This document shows, one piece after another, positions 1-17,685 of a stretch of DNA of 64,000 nt. Source of the stretch: the human T2T-CHM13v2.0 reference genome, Homo sapiens; assembly GCF_009914755.1 (NCBI RefSeq), contig NC_060925.1; one strand, 5' to 3'. A program made the position numbers and the translations under genes. Below the pieces are notes generated by a model, which was not told the origin of the DNA, did no database searches, and was given only the letters and a program-made list of their open reading frames with translations. How positions within the stretch are numbered: the first letter of the stretch is position 1; each line of letters begins with the position of its first letter.

Positions 1-74
1 AAATGCCTTCAGCTTAAAATATTCAATATGTCAAAGTGCTGTATTTTGTGTAGGGTGTCCTGAACCCCGTCACT

Positions 75-432
75 AACCTCTAACTGAAAGTTAGGATTTT
101 CTTCAATTCTGAACATAGTTCATAAACCACGGTAATATTAGCAATACTTCATCATCAAAAGAAAAACCCAGATATTTTCATATCACATTAGTTTTTTGCA
201 TCTATTTTCATTATGCTTATCACTATTTCAAATTTAGGATAGCTATTAACTCTTATTTAATGCATTTATAAAGAAGCATGCATATTAATATATAACTTAT
301 CTTTTAACATTTTAATAACTGTATTTCGATATAATTAGATTCCTTTGTAATCCTATATATTTTATGCATTTAAAAACATGATTTTAAGAAGGCATTCATA
401 GGCTTTAACAGATAGCTAAAGACTAAGAACCC
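75..432. mobile_element. Old hAT-Charlie DNA transposon fragment (Charlie4/MER113-like)
   Basis: tttcgatataattagattcctttgtaatcctat...atgcatttaaaaacatgatt...ctaagaaccc resembles the recalled Charlie4-type terminal segment. Confidence 0.5.
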
Positions 433-504
433 ATGTTTTTATTCTACTTTCAATACTTGAAAAGTTGTGGATAAAACAAAAATTATGTTAAAAACTGAAA
501 AGTA

Positions 505-827
<323 letters not shown>

Positions 828-1316
828 TTAAACTATAATATTCTATACACTTTTGATGATAGCCATGTATTATGGTATTATTTATGTTTTTATATTTAGC
901 AATTCTTGTTCCTTAAAATGTGCTTTATGGAGAAGGAGCCAGAGTTAGTGAAATACGTTTAGGTTAATTTAGGATATATTAATGACATTATCCCACACAT
1001 TGTTCATGTCATAGACATGAACTTAAAAAATTTAAAGTTCCTGCTGCCTGCTTAGATGCATCTACTAATCTAGAGCAGTTGTAAGGAAGATCCATCTGAA
1101 TTAGATAAAAATATGAGCAGTGGAGTATTGGTTATTTTATTCTGGTTGGCTCAGTTATTTGCCAAATAAAGGCCCTGGTCAAATTGTTGATGACTACGTA
1201 AAAATAATTTGGACTAATACATTAAATTGTTGATCATTAAAATAATTCTTCCAAAGTGCTTGTCTTTTATGCATTTCTTTACTTTAACATAATATAAAAA
1301 TATGTGTTGAATCCTC

Positions 1317-1608
1317 TTTTTTTAAGACAGGGTCTTGCTCTGTCACCCAGGCTGGAGTGCAGTGGTGCAATTACAAGCTCACTGCATTCTCAACCTCCTG
1401 GGCTCTTGTGATCCTCCTGTCTTAGACATCTGCATAGCAGGGACCACAGGCACACACCACCACTCCTGGATAGTTTCTTTTTTATTTTTGTGGAGACAAG
1501 GTCTCACTATGTTGTCCAGGCTGGTCTTGAACTCCTGGGCTCAAGACGATCCTCCTACTTCAGCCTCCCAAAGTGTTGGGATTACAGGCATGAGCCACTA
1601 CACGTGGC
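1317..1608 (-). mobile_element. AluJ in CTSS 3' UTR, sense to the mRNA
   Basis: Diverged Alu with J-type features; TSD ttgaatcctctt on both sides. Confidence 0.93.
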
Positions 1609-1798
1609 GTTTTGAATCCTCTTCTGTACAAAGATACAATCTGAGTCCTTAGGACATTTATAGCCTAATATTTTCTTCCATCAAAGTTGCTAAACCCCAT
1701 CACCAGAATACCACAATTAATATTCTCAGGATAGATTATTAATAGTTGCCTAGGAATAAGAATGGTATGTGGCAATGATAGAAATTTGAAATGGCAGA

Positions 1799-1804
1799 TT
1801 TATT
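1799..1804 (-). terminator. Candidate proximal polyadenylation signal of CTSS
   Basis: AATAAA on the minus strand about 640 nt after the stop, followed by a CA about 20 nt downstream and a U-rich patch. Confidence 0.55.
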
Positions 1805-2011
1805 AAGTATTTTTAAGCCATCAAGTTACAAAAGGCTATTAGGGGTCTTAAAAAGACAAAGAGTATACAATAAAACAATAAGCAATTACAGATTGTTTTA
1901 GGTTGAACAATTTTTGTACAGTTATATCTATAGTACATTACTAATTTACTTAGCAAACTTTATCCTGAGATTTGCAAATTTAAAAAAATGAAGAATCAAA
2001 CTATATTTTCT

Positions 2012-2307
2012 TTTCTGTTTTTTTGAAACAGAGTCTCCACTCTGTCATCCAGGCTGGAGTACAGTGGTGTGATCTCAGCTCAACATAGCCTCAACCTCTT
2101 GGGTTCAAGGAATCTCGTGCCTCAGCCTCCCAAGTAGCTGGGATTACAGGCATGCACCACCGTGCTCGGCTAATTTTTTGTATTTTTAGTAGAGATGGGG
2201 TTTCACCATGTTAGCCAGGCTGCTCTTTAACTCCTGGCCTCAAGTTGATATGCCTGCCTTGGCCTCCCAAGTACTGGGATTACAGGCGTGAGCCACCGTG
2301 CCCGGCC
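2012..2307 (-). mobile_element. AluS in CTSS 3' UTR, sense to the mRNA
   Basis: Full Alu; TSD tcaaactatattttct on both sides. Confidence 0.95.
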
Positions 2308-2444
2308 TCAAACTATATTTTCTAATTAGTACAGTAAATACACATTAATCATGACACAATTATTTCTTCTGGATACAGCAGGAAAAATTAAGTTAAGAGA
2401 AAGTGCTTCATATTTCTTGATTTGTTATAAAAAGGAGAGATCCT

Positions 2445-2546
<102 letters not shown>

Positions 2547-3347
2547 TTAGAAAAAGAAATAATACAAAATTACAAATGCGTACAATCAAACCATGTTATC
2601 AACTTTTTATCTCATTGTTTTTCTCCTATAAGTGATTACATATGAAAGGCCGTAAAACAAAATTAGAATGAAATAAGATAATAATTTCTCCAGGGATTTC
2701 AGGTAACTCAAAATAATGGTTTGGAAAGCTTTAGTGCTATATTGATGAATAGACTTAATACCTAAGGAAAACTATAGTAAGATCCATCCCAGTCCTTTAA
2801 TCCTCCTACTTTGCAAATATGCCTTCTCTAAAGAAAGAGTATTAGTATCCTTTATAAGCCTTTATCTCTAAATTTTTTGATAACAGTATCATGTGTAATG
2901 ATTTTCTATCAAACTTAAATTCCTCTAGAGAATGTCAATTAAGAAATATTTTTGAGTGACTACTATGAAAAAGGTATAGGGCAGGGAATTCTAAAGCAAA
3001 CAACAAAAATGCAGCTCTGAAAGAGCTTTTTGATCTAGAAGTGGAGCTGACTTTCTCATAATTAAAGCTATTGAAAAATGAGCCAGGCATGGTGGCTCAC
3101 ACTTGTAATCCAAGTGCTTTGAGAGGCTGAAGTGGGAGGATTGTTTGAGGCCAGAGTTTGAGAGCAGCCTGGGCAAAATAGCAAGTCCCTGATTCTACAA
3201 AAAAAATTTTTTTTTAATTAGCCAGGCATGGTGGCATGCACCTGTATTCCTTACCTACTCTGCAGCAGAGGCTACTTGTTAGAGATGTTGCAGAGAAAAA
3301 TCATGGGTCGGATTAGGGTTCGAGTAGATCAGTGTTTCACTTTTTGA

Positions 3348-4060
<713 letters not shown>

Positions 4061-4984
4061 AAAACCATACTACTTACTGTCACCATTATGTTGTAAAAGA
4101 AAATACATTTTAACACCAAAAGCAAAAAATCCAAAGACATAATCTCTATTTTAAGGATAGTCTTTTGAGTAAATAAATTTATATTAATGAAAAAGTCACC
4201 AAAATATTCTTATTTTTCTTACTTTACCAAGACTGATGAAAAAACTTAGAAAATCCTTGTAAGAGGAATGATTTCTGAAGCTCTTTATCATTCTGAGATT
4301 TTATAGTGGTAGGTATATAAATATCATACAAGGCAAAATTCATTAAGTGCTCTAGGATACAAATAAAAGTGTGAAATTGAGAAAATGCCTAGTGTGTCTG
4401 GAGAGCAGTAAGAAATTTAGTTGAAAGGAAAACTGGATATCTTTAGTAGAATAGTGGAAAAAGAGGATAGAAAGCTGGTTTGGGGCCATGTTGTGAACAG
4501 CTTAGAACAGCAGGTGGAAGAACATGTACTTCAATTACAAAGGCAAAGGGAAGCTGTTTGAAATTTTGGCTCAGGGACTCAAAGTTTGTGTTTTTGCATG
4601 CAGTGGAGAACCTAAGAAATGCTGGTTTATTGTTGGAAGACAAATGACACCATTTAAAAGGACTGTGCTTTAAGAGGCCTTAAATATTCTATGTATCAGC
4701 CCTCATTGGACATTTTGCAGGTCCTATTTTTTTCTCTCTGTACCATTTAACACACTTGTCTACTCCCACCTTACTGGTCTCTTGGCTTCAAGACACTACT
4801 ATGTTCTGATTTTCTTATCTCTCTCTGGTCAGTCCTTCTCAAACATTTTCATGAGCTCCTTTCTTTACTTCCTTTCACTTAATTGCCACTCCACTGCTTA
4901 GAAATTGTCAATGGTTCTCCATGCCTTTACAATAAAATTCAAACTCCATCGTCACCTCTAATAAACCACTGGCTGTAGTGGGTT

Positions 4985-5505
<521 letters not shown>

Positions 5506-6519
5506 AGCAATGCTCTTTTAATATCCAGTTTGATAAGCAAAAGCAATAACAAGAATCCGGCCAGGCTATTATTAATATTAATAGACACCACTTATTTAGC
5601 ACTTACTCTGCCAAACAGATTAACATAAATTATCTAATTTAATCATCATCCTGTGAGGTGAATATTATCTTCTTTTACTAAAGAAAAAAACAGAAGGGCA
5701 GAGTGGTAAAGTAGCTTGCCAAAAGTCACATAGATAGTAAATTGTGAAGCCAGAGGTCAAATCTAGGATTATTTTATTCCAAAGCCCACTCTAACTTTTA
5801 TCTATGCCTATCCCTACAGTTATCTCTGTGAGTGAAGTCATATGGGGAATGAAATTCAGACCAGTACATCTAGGATCTCATGTAATTTATATCCTACTAT
5901 GGTCACTGCATTAAATAATAGGTAAAATAAATCATTTTAGGTGAACTGAATTTGGACCTGAGTTCTAGTATGAAAATTGAATTGAGGGTCTAGTTACTAG
6001 CAGTATGAATTCAGTCAGTGAGACCAAGGAATCCCAGACCCCATTCAACAACTAAACAATTTACTTTTCTCAGTTTTACCGACCAAGATCAATTGCCCCC
6101 AGTTTTGCAAAAGATCCCAGACCTCTTTTTGACTGAGTCCTGCTAACTTCCCTTAAACAATGAAACTGATAAAAAAAAAAAATCTTAAGCTAAATAAAGT
6201 ATCTGAGGACAAAGTCTTGCCTTCAGAATTATACAAGATCTGCTCCAAATGTTCATTTCGGTACTTACCAAGTTGTATATTTTTATTAATTCTATAGCTC
6301 TTTCACTCAAACTGTTCAACTTTAGGTGAGTTTGTTAACTAAATGCCTATCTCATAAGAGTACTTTAAAAATTAAATGAGAGAATGTATTTAAAGTACTC
6401 ACACAATATTTGGTATATAGCCAATGCTTACTAAGTGAAGGTAGCTATTTTTATTATTATCCAGGTATGAGTACATCAGATTGGACTCAAGTAGAGTCCA
6501 TCTACTTTTTTTTTTTTGA

Positions 6520-6624
<105 letters not shown>

Positions 6625-6837
6625 TGAGTAGCTGGGATTACAGGCGTGCGCCATCATGCCCGGATAATTTTGTATTTTTAGTAGAGATGGAGTGTCTCCA
6701 TGTTGGGCAGGCTGGTCTCGAACTCCCAACCTCAGGTGATCCTCCCACCTCGGCCTCCCAAAGTGCTGGGATTACAGGCGTGAGCCACTGAGCCGGGCTG
6801 AGTCCGTCTACTTTTAAAAAAATGTATAGCGTTCTTC

Positions 6838-6949
6838 TAGGGTGATCACCAGTCCCAGTTTGCCTGGGACTGTCCTGTTTTTAAAAAGAAAGTCCTATGT
6901 CCCAGAAAGCCTCGTAGCCCTTAGCAAAGTGGGAAAGTTGATCACCCTA
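6838..6949. mobile_element. MER81-like hAT MITE
   Basis: Perfect 11-bp TIRs TAGGGTGATCA/TGATCACCCTA; 112 bp; degenerate 8-bp TSD cgttcttc/ccttctcc. Confidence 0.8.
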
Positions 6950-7029
6950 CCTTCTCCTTGCATATTATAAGGCTACTAACTTATTATTCCTTCTAAAATC
7001 AATGCCAGTTTCCTTTGTAATAGACTGAA

Positions 7030-7660
7030 GTCCTGGGCTTCTTAGGCTGTGCCAGACACTCTTCTAGGCATTAGGATTACAGAGACAAAGTCTTTCTAAA
7101 GCCTAGGTTCTAGAGGAGAAACATATGATAAACGAAGAAATACTTGATGATATATATGATTAGTACAATAAAGAAAAATAAAGCAGGATAAGGGATACAG
7201 AGTGTTAAGAGACAGGGCTCAATTTTAGGTGGAATGGTCGGGAAAAGCTTCGCTGAGTGGATGTTTGCGCAAAGATGCAAGTGAGGCAAAGACCTGGATA
7301 AAGGGCTAGAAATAAGCATGATGTGTCAAGAAATAGCCAAAAGGCTAATGTGCTGGGAGCTGAGTGAGAGAGGGGAGAGTAGTTGGAGAGGTAGTTGGAG
7401 AGGCAGGCTAAGGCCAGATAATGTCATGCTTTACAGGTCATGGGTTTTATTCTGAGTGGGAAGGAAAGCCATTAGAGGGTTTGGGGTAGAAGGGTAACAT
7501 AATCTACTTTATGCTTTAAAAAGATAATTCTGGTTACTGTGTAGAGGATTGATTCCAAGCAAACAAGAGGGAAGCAGCTACCAGTTATGAGATTATTGCA
7601 ATAGACCAGGAGATGGATGGTGGCTTGAACTCTAATGGTAACAGCAGAGGTATTGAGAAG
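7030..7660 (-). mobile_element. L2 LINE fragment (further L2 pieces at about 9320-9740, 11700-12600 and 16190-17470)
   Basis: Purine-rich degenerate text typical of L2 (ggttttattctgagtgggaaggaaagccattagagggtttg, aagataattctggttactgtgtagaggat, gatggtggcttgaact). Confidence 0.7.
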
Positions 7661-7662
7661 TG

Positions 7663-9254
7663 CAAGCAAATCTTGTTTTATTGTGCTTTGCTTTATTGTG
7701 CATTGCAAATTTTGCATATTTTACAAATTGAAGGTTTGTGGCAACCCTGCATGGAGCAAGTCTATCGGCACAATGTTTCCAACAGCCTGTGCTCACTTTG
7801 TGTCCCTGTGTCACATTTTGGCATTTCTCATAATATTTCAACTGTTTTCATTATTAGCAAATCTGTTATGGTGATCTGTGATCAGTGATTTTTTTTTTTT
7901 TTTTGAGATAGGATCTCACTCTGTCATCCAGGTTGTTGTGCAGTGGCACAATCGCAGCTCACTGCAGCCTCAGCCTCCAGGTCTCACGCTCCTGCCTCAG
8001 CCTCCCAAGTAGCTGGGACCACAAATATGCACCAGCATGCCAGGGTAATTAAAAAAAAAAACTATCTGTAGAGACAGAGTCTTGCTATGTTGCCCAAGCT
8101 GGGATCAGTGATCTTTAATATTACTATTGTAATTGTCTTGGGGTGCCATGAGCCACGTGCATATAAGATGGTGAACTTAACTGATAAGTGGTGTGTGTTC
8201 TGACTGCTCCACTAACTGACACTTCCCCCATCTCTCTCTCTCTCCTCTGGCCTCCCTTTTCCCTGAGACACAATGATATTGAAATTAGGCCAATTAATAA
8301 CCTTACAATGGGCCAGGTGCGGTGGCTCACGCTTGTAATCCTAGCACTTTGGGAGGCCAAGGCAGGTGGATCACCTGAGGACAAGAGTTCGAGACCAGCC
8401 TGGCCAACATGGCGAAACCCCGTCTGTACTAAAAATACAAAATTAGCAGGGTGTGGTGGTGCGTGCCTGTAATCCCAGTTACTCCGGAGGCTGAGGCAGG
8501 AGAATTGCTTAGAACCTGGGAGGCAGAGGTTTCAGTGAGCCAAGATTGCACCACTGTACTCCAGCCTGGGCAACAGAGGGAGACTGTCTCAAAAAACAAA
8601 AACAAAAAACAACCTTACAGTGGCTTCTAAGTGTTCAAGTGAAAGGAAGAGTTATACATCTCTCATTTTACATCAAAGCTAGAAATGATTATGCTTTGTG
8701 AAAGCCAAGGTAGGCTGAAAGCTAGACTTCTTGAACCAGTTAGCCATGTTGTGAATGCAAAGGGAAAGCTCTTGGAGGAAATTAAAATGCTACTCCAGTG
8801 AACACATGAATGAAAGCTAAACAACAGGCCAGGTGCAGTGGCTCATGCCTGTAATTCCAGCACTTTGGGAAGCTCAGGCGGGTAGATGACTTGAGCTCAG
8901 GAGTTCAAGACCAGCCTGGGCAACAAGCTAAAAATACAGAAATTACCCGTGCCTGGTGGCACATGCCTGTAGTCTCAGCTACTTGGAGGGAGGCGGAGGT
9001 TGCAGTGAGCTGAGATTGTGCCACTGCACTCCAGCCTGGGTGACAAAGTGAGACCTGTCTCAACAACAACAACAACAACAACAACAACAAAAAGAAAGAA
9101 AGAAGAAAAAAGTAAAGAAAAAAAAGTGAAACAGCCTTATTGCTGATATGATTTGAGTGGCCTAGATAAAAGAGCAAACTAGCCACAACATGCCCTTAAG
9201 CGAAAACCTAATCCAGAGCAAGGCCCTAACTCTCTTCCATTGTAAGAAGGCTGA
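7663..9254 (+). mobile_element. Tigger1 5' fragment, interrupted by three Alus
   Basis: ttttattgtgctttgctttattgtgc...ttttacaaattgaaggtttgtggcaaccctgc start; decayed transposase N-terminus (gcttctaagtgttcaagtgaaaggaagag). Confidence 0.88.
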
Positions 9255-11047
9255 TGAAACTAAAATTAAAGAAGTTAAATAACCTGCCGAAGTTCTATGC
9301 CTCCAGTGCAACCTATGCCACCTCGATTTTAGCATTTATCACATTGAGTTGCAATGGACTACACATGCACCTGCCTGTTTCCTTCACTCCATTAGACTAT
9401 GAGTACCTTGAGGGACGGTAGAAGAGCTGCATTTTTCATTTCCAATCGCTAGTTCCTAGCTTGGCACATGGTAGGTACTCAATACATGTTTGTTGAATCA
9501 GTGTCCAAATGAAGATGCAAAAATGAACAAGAGACTATCCTACCTTGAAGAAGTTTACATTTTAGTGAATGGGGCATGGTTTGCACAAATAGCTATAACA
9601 CAAGGGATATGTGTAAAATACTATAATAGAATTCATAAAGCATTGCCAAAGCTTAGGAATTAGAGAAACAATTCTAAGTGAATGGGGTATGAAGGAGATA
9701 GTATTTGAGGCAGGATTTAAAAAATGAATAGGATTTGTAATGACTTTTTTTTCATTTTAAAATTAATACCTTTCTTTTTTTTCCTTCCTTTTTTGAGACA
9801 GAGTCTCGCTCTGTCACCCCGGCTGGAGTGTGGAGCGCAGTGATGTGATCTTGGCTCACTGCAAGCTCCGCCTCCCAGGTTCATGCCATCCTCCTGCCTC
9901 AGCCTCCCGAGTAGCTGGGACTACAGGCATGCGCCACCACGCCTGGCTAATTTTTTTTGTATTTTTAGTAGAGACAGGGTTTCACCGTGTTAGCCAGGAT
10001 GGTCTTGATCGCCTGACCTAGTGATCCACCTGCCTTGGCCTCCCAAAGTGCTGGGATTACAGGCATGAGCCACTGTGCCCGGCCTCCTTCCTTTTTTTTT
10101 CGAGATAGGGTCTCATTCTGTCACTGAAGCTAGAGTTGAGTGATGTGATCATGGCTCACTCACAGCGGCCTCAACTTCCTGGGCTCAAGTGATATTCCCA
10201 CCTCAGTCTCCCAAGTAGCTGGGACCACAAGTGTGTGTCACCATGCCTGGCTTATTTTTGTATAGAGATGGGGTCTCACTATGTTCCCCATGCTGGTCTT
10301 GAACCCCTGGGCTCAAGCGATCCTCCCAGTTCAGCCTCCCAAAGTGCTGGGATTACAAGCATGAGCCACTAAGCCTGGTTGGACATACTATGTTTAACTT
10401 AAATTTTTTTTTGACATAGGGTCCTGCTCTGTCACCTAGGCCAGAGGGCAGTGGTGTGATCATGGCTCACTGTAGCCTCAAACTCCTCAGCTCAAAAAAT
10501 CCTCCTACCTCAGCCTCTTGAGTAGTTGATATTACAGGCACATGCCACCATGCCCAGCTAATTTTTTAAATTTGTTTATAGAGACTGGGTCTCCCTATGT
10601 TTCTGGTCTTAAACTCCTGGCCTCAAGTGATCCTCCTGCCTTGGCCTCCCAAAGCTCTAGAGTTATAAGCATGAGCTTACCACATTCAGCTAATATTTAT
10701 ACTACATATAAATTTTGTATTTATGTGTATCTTTTTTCATTTAAATATATATCCCAAGTATTTTATTAGGTTATTAATAATAGTCTGAATAAATCTAATG
10801 CATGGAGTTGATTATGTCATAGTTTATTTAATCATATACCTATTGTTAGGCATTTTTGGCTACTTACTAGTTTTTACTATTAAATAATAATGCTACAATT
10901 CACATAAGTTGTGTATGAAAGTTTTCCCATATTTAGGATTATTTTCTTCATATAGATTCCAAGAAATAAAAGTAATGGGACACTGGCTGTGCGCAGTGGC
11001 TTGCGCCTGTAATCCTGGCACTTTGGGAGGCCAAGACAGGCAGATCA

Positions 11048-11323
<276 letters not shown>

Positions 11324-11412
11324 TCAAATTGCTTCCAAGAAAGAGAATAGGCAGGGTAGGGTGGCTCATGCCTGTAATCCCAGCACTTGGGGAGACCGAG
11401 GTGGGCAGATCA

Positions 11413-11646
<234 letters not shown>

Positions 11647-12887
11647 TCAAAAAAAAAAAGAATAAATACAGCTTACTTTCCCATCAAACTGTATAAGAAT
11701 GCCCATTTCACCAAGACAGGTGGGATTTCTATAGACAGCATTGGACTTCACAGGCATTTCAGAAAGATACAGCATATATAAAGAAACAGAGGTAGGGATG
11801 TATCTGTAAACTTAGGGAATGATGAATAAGTAGTTCACTGTGGCCAGAGTATGACTGTGGGTATATGAAAATATAGTGGAAGAAATGTCTAAGGTTATGT
11901 TAAAAGCTAGATAATGGAGTACCTGGAATGCCTGGCCAGGAGTTTGGACTTCATTTTTAGACAATGGTGAACTATTCAGAATTTTTGAGCAGGAGTTGAC
12001 ATGATCTATATTTTAAAAAGATACCGCTATAGCTGGGTAGAATGGAATCTGAATTACAGCAGGGCCATTGGGAATGGCAAAGAGAAAATACATATAAAAT
12101 ATGATTCACAGGCCAAATGGATAGGGCTGGGTGGGTTGAGGGGGGAAAAGGAAAAGGCCAAGATGATGCTTAGGCTTTAATAATCTGAAGATGGTAATAT
12201 ATTACCCAAAATAAGGAATAGTTTTCCCTTGAGCTTGTTTGAAAATCCTTTTCAGGGATGAGGGAAGAAAGGAAGAGAAGAACATTGTAAACTTATTGAG
12301 TATGAGAGTGTGTATATGTTGGTAGTAGGGTGATGTAGGTGGGGAGTTTGGATTTTTCAAGGAGAGCTGCCAAATTGGAAGTTGGACAAGGAAGTGTGTC
12401 ACTTAGGAGGTCATTTTCAGAGATTATGAACTGGGGATCATCTACATAATGGCAATAGTTGAAACTGAAGGAGCAGGTGAGTTTGCTTTGATATAGATGA
12501 GTTTGCTTTGATATAGCAAACTCATGTAACAGGCAGGTGGATAAAATAACGTAAGATATGAGGCTAAAGTTGATGTAGCAAAATGAATCAAGATAGTGAG
12601 AAATGTGCCATTGCATATGTTTTTTGGGTCATTGAGAGCAACTTTCCAACCTCTAACACACTTTCCTCCTCCAATACATGAACAATTCCATACATCTGAA
12701 AACTTGATTCAAATAGTGTCTTCTCTGTGGAGGTTTAGGCTGTTAGGCATTTCCTCTTCAACAGTCCCATAGCCATTTAGACATGTATCATTATACCACG
12801 ATGTGTTTGTTGTATCGTTTAAAAATACATCTAGGCTGGGTGCGGTGGTGGCTCACGCCTGTAATCCCAACACTTTGGGAGGCTGGG

Positions 12888-14530
12888 AGATATATATATA
12901 TATATATATTTATAAATATATTTATATTTATATATAGAGAGATTTATATGTATGTATACATAATATATTATATATGTATATTATGTATACATAATATATT
13001 ATATATGTATATTATGTATACATAATATATTATATATGTATATTATGTATACATAATATATTATATATGTATATTATGTATACATAATATATTATATATT
13101 ATATGTATATTATGTATACATAATATATTATATATTATATGTATATTATGTATACATAATATATTATATATTATATGTATATTATGTATACATAATATAT
13201 TATATATTATATGTATATTATGTATACATAATATATTATATATTATATGTATATTATGTATACATAATATATTATATATTATATGTATATTATGTATACA
13301 TAATATATTATATATTATATGTATATTATGTATACATAATATATTATATATTATATGTATATTATGTATACATAATATATTATATATTATATGTATATTA
13401 TGTATACATAATATATTATATATTATATGTATATTATGTATACATAATATATTATATATTATATGTATATTATGTATACATAATATATTATATATTATAT
13501 GTATATTATGTATACATAATATATTATATATTATATGTATATTATGTATACATAATATATTATATATTATATGTATATTATGTATACATAATATATTATA
13601 TATTATATGTATATTATGTATACATAATATATTATATATTATATGTATATTATGTATACATAATATATTATATATTATATGTATATTATGTATACATAAT
13701 ATATTATATATTATATGTATATTATGTATACATAATATATTATATATTATATGTATATTATGTATACATAATATTTATATATTATATGTATATTATGTAT
13801 ACATAATATATTATATATTATATGTATATTATGTATACATAATATATTATATATTATATGTATATTATGTATACATAATATTTATATATTATATGTATAT
13901 TATGTATACATAATATTTATATATTATATGTATATTATGTATACATAATATTTATATATTATATGTATATTATGTATACATAATATATTATATATTATAT
14001 GTATATTATGTATACATAATATATTATATATTATATGTATATTATGTATACATAATATTTATATATTATATGTATATTATGTATACATAATATTTATATA
14101 TTATATGTATATTATGTATACATAATATTTATATATTATATGTATATTATGTATACATAATATTTATATATTATATGTATATTATGTATACATAATATAT
14201 TATATATTATATGTATATTATGTATACATAATATATTATATATGTATATTATGTATACATAATATTTATATATTATATGTATATTATGTATACATAATAT
14301 ATTATATATTATATGTATATTATGTATACATAATATATTATATATTATATATGTATATTATGTATACATAATATATTATATATTATATATGTATATTATG
14401 TATTATATTATATATTATGTATAATATTATAGATTATGTATGCATACATAATATGTATTGTATATTATGTATGCATACATAATATGTATTGTATATTATG
14501 TATGTATATATAATATATATTATATATATT
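12888..14530. repeat. AT-rich minisatellite, about 40 copies of a 36-bp unit (31/35/38-bp variants), each containing a palindrome
   Basis: Unit gtatattatgtatacataatatattatatattatat; lines 13141, 13321, 13501 and 13681 are identical (180 = 5 x 36); the array begins directly after a 55-bp Alu head (12834-12888). Confidence 0.97.
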
Positions 14531-15000
14531 TTTTCATGTTAGATTGTGAGTGCCTTTAGGACAGGATGGTTTCTTACTATTTTTTGTATCTCCAGGGCCT
14601 AGATAATGCCAGTCACATTGTAGATGCCTAGTAAGTGCTTGTTGAATGAATGAGTGAAGAGAAGCAGATTTGAATTTCAACACTAAAAGATATAGATGAT
14701 CTTCAAGAGCAACTTCAGTAGAGAAGGGAATTTAGAACACCTGCCGTAGGGAGTTCCTTAGAGAGTCAATAAGATATGAGGGAAATAGTTTCATTTTAAA
14801 AAGCTATCACTGGTCTACACCCAAGCTGATCAGTGCTGTGAATAGGTTATCAGTGAACCAAGATATTGATCCCCTCAGCTACTTTCCCCATGGGCCATAC
14901 GAATATCATCATCTTCTATGTGTGCCACAGTGGGAAAAGGGTAGGAAAGCACCTTTTGTTTGATTTGTAGACTATGTACTTCAAGTAAAGATTTAAGGGG

Positions 15001-16089
<1,089 letters not shown>

Positions 16090-17574
16090 AAGAGAAACTC
16101 CAGGTATGCCCCAAAGTCTCAACTCTTCATATTTCCTCCATTTTTTCCCTCTAGAAGTTATGTTCCTTTTGTTTATGAGTGATATAGATGTCAGTTCAAT
16201 ACATATATTGAGGGGCCTTTAGGTGCCACCCACTTAGTCTGTGCTGCGGATATGAAGACCAGACATAATCTCTCCCCAAAGGCACGTACAGAACACTGGA
16301 GTGACAGACAGGTAAATATACAATTTAAATATAATGCCTAAAATCCTGTGATCCAGTATGCATAGGACATTTTGGCAGCATAGAAAAAAGACATGTTCCT
16401 CAGCCCAAGGATTCAGGAAAGACTTTTCTGGAATAGATTGTGCCTGAGCTACTTCTGAAGAAAAGGAGAAGTAAACCAAAAGAGAAGACAGGATGTTCTA
16501 GGCAGAGGGAACACAAACCAAGATATGAAGGAAGGTATTACAGATAAAGTGGAATGTATGGGAACTACAACTGTGGATAGTGCAGTATAACCAGAGTGAA
16601 AATAGGAGGCAACAAATGCCAGGAGGTGAGGCTGGCAAGGCAGGGAGCACAGCCTATAGGATTTGTCTTCTGTCAGGGAACATTAATTTTACACCGAATG
16701 AAACTCAGTAGAAGAGTTATAAGCCCAGACTCGTTCATATTTTAGACAAATAAGTTTGGCAGCAGTATGAAAGATGGATTTGAGGGTAAAGGGGAAGAAA
16801 ATAGAGAGTAAAGGAGACCAGTTAGAAGGGTACAGCAATAGTCCACACTAGAGATGCCTGAACTAGAGCCGTAATAGAAGAAACAGAGAAGGAACAGAAT
16901 CAAGGACATAGATAAGGTAAAATTGGTTTGACTAATTGGTTGCTTGGTTGGACTTGGGGAGGTCTCAGATGAATCCATCATATCTTATTGGGTGATTGTG
17001 TTGTGTGGCCCTTTACTGATATGGGAAATTCTGAAGGAGGAACAGTATGGGGGAGAGAGTACTGAATTATTTGGATGTATTGAGTTTGGAAAGACTAAGA
17101 TATATGTAAGTGAGTGTGTCCAGATAAGTCTGAAGTTCTGGGAAGATGTCAGAACTAGAGCTAGAGATTCAAAAGCTATTGGCATATAAAGGTTATAGCT
17201 AGAGTCCTAAGAGTGGAATTATAGCACCCAAGAAAAAATAAAATAAGAAGAGGAATGGGCAGATGATAGAGCCCTGGGGAAAACTAACATTTTTGGGCTA
17301 AATAGAGGAGAGGAATAGGTTCATGAGAGAGGCTGAGAAGGAATAATCACAGAAGTAGTACAGAAGATAAACCAGGAAAACAAAGTGATGAAGGCAGAAT
17401 GGTAAGTGAAAAGATGGGGGCACTGAGTAATTTAGAATGTCACTTTGTAAGAAGCTATAAAGTTCATCATTGTCAATATCGTGATCATAATGATCATCAT
17501 CAAAATCATGAGAGTATTTGCTGAAACTCCCTCAAATTCCTGATTCCAATTAAATATAAAGTGTAAATATATTA

Positions 17575-17685
<111 letters not shown>

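Noticed and set aside
12888-14530. CRISPR-like look of regularly spaced 36-bp palindromic repeats
   Set aside because: No unique spacers, no cas genes, and a human intronic context; it is a minisatellite.
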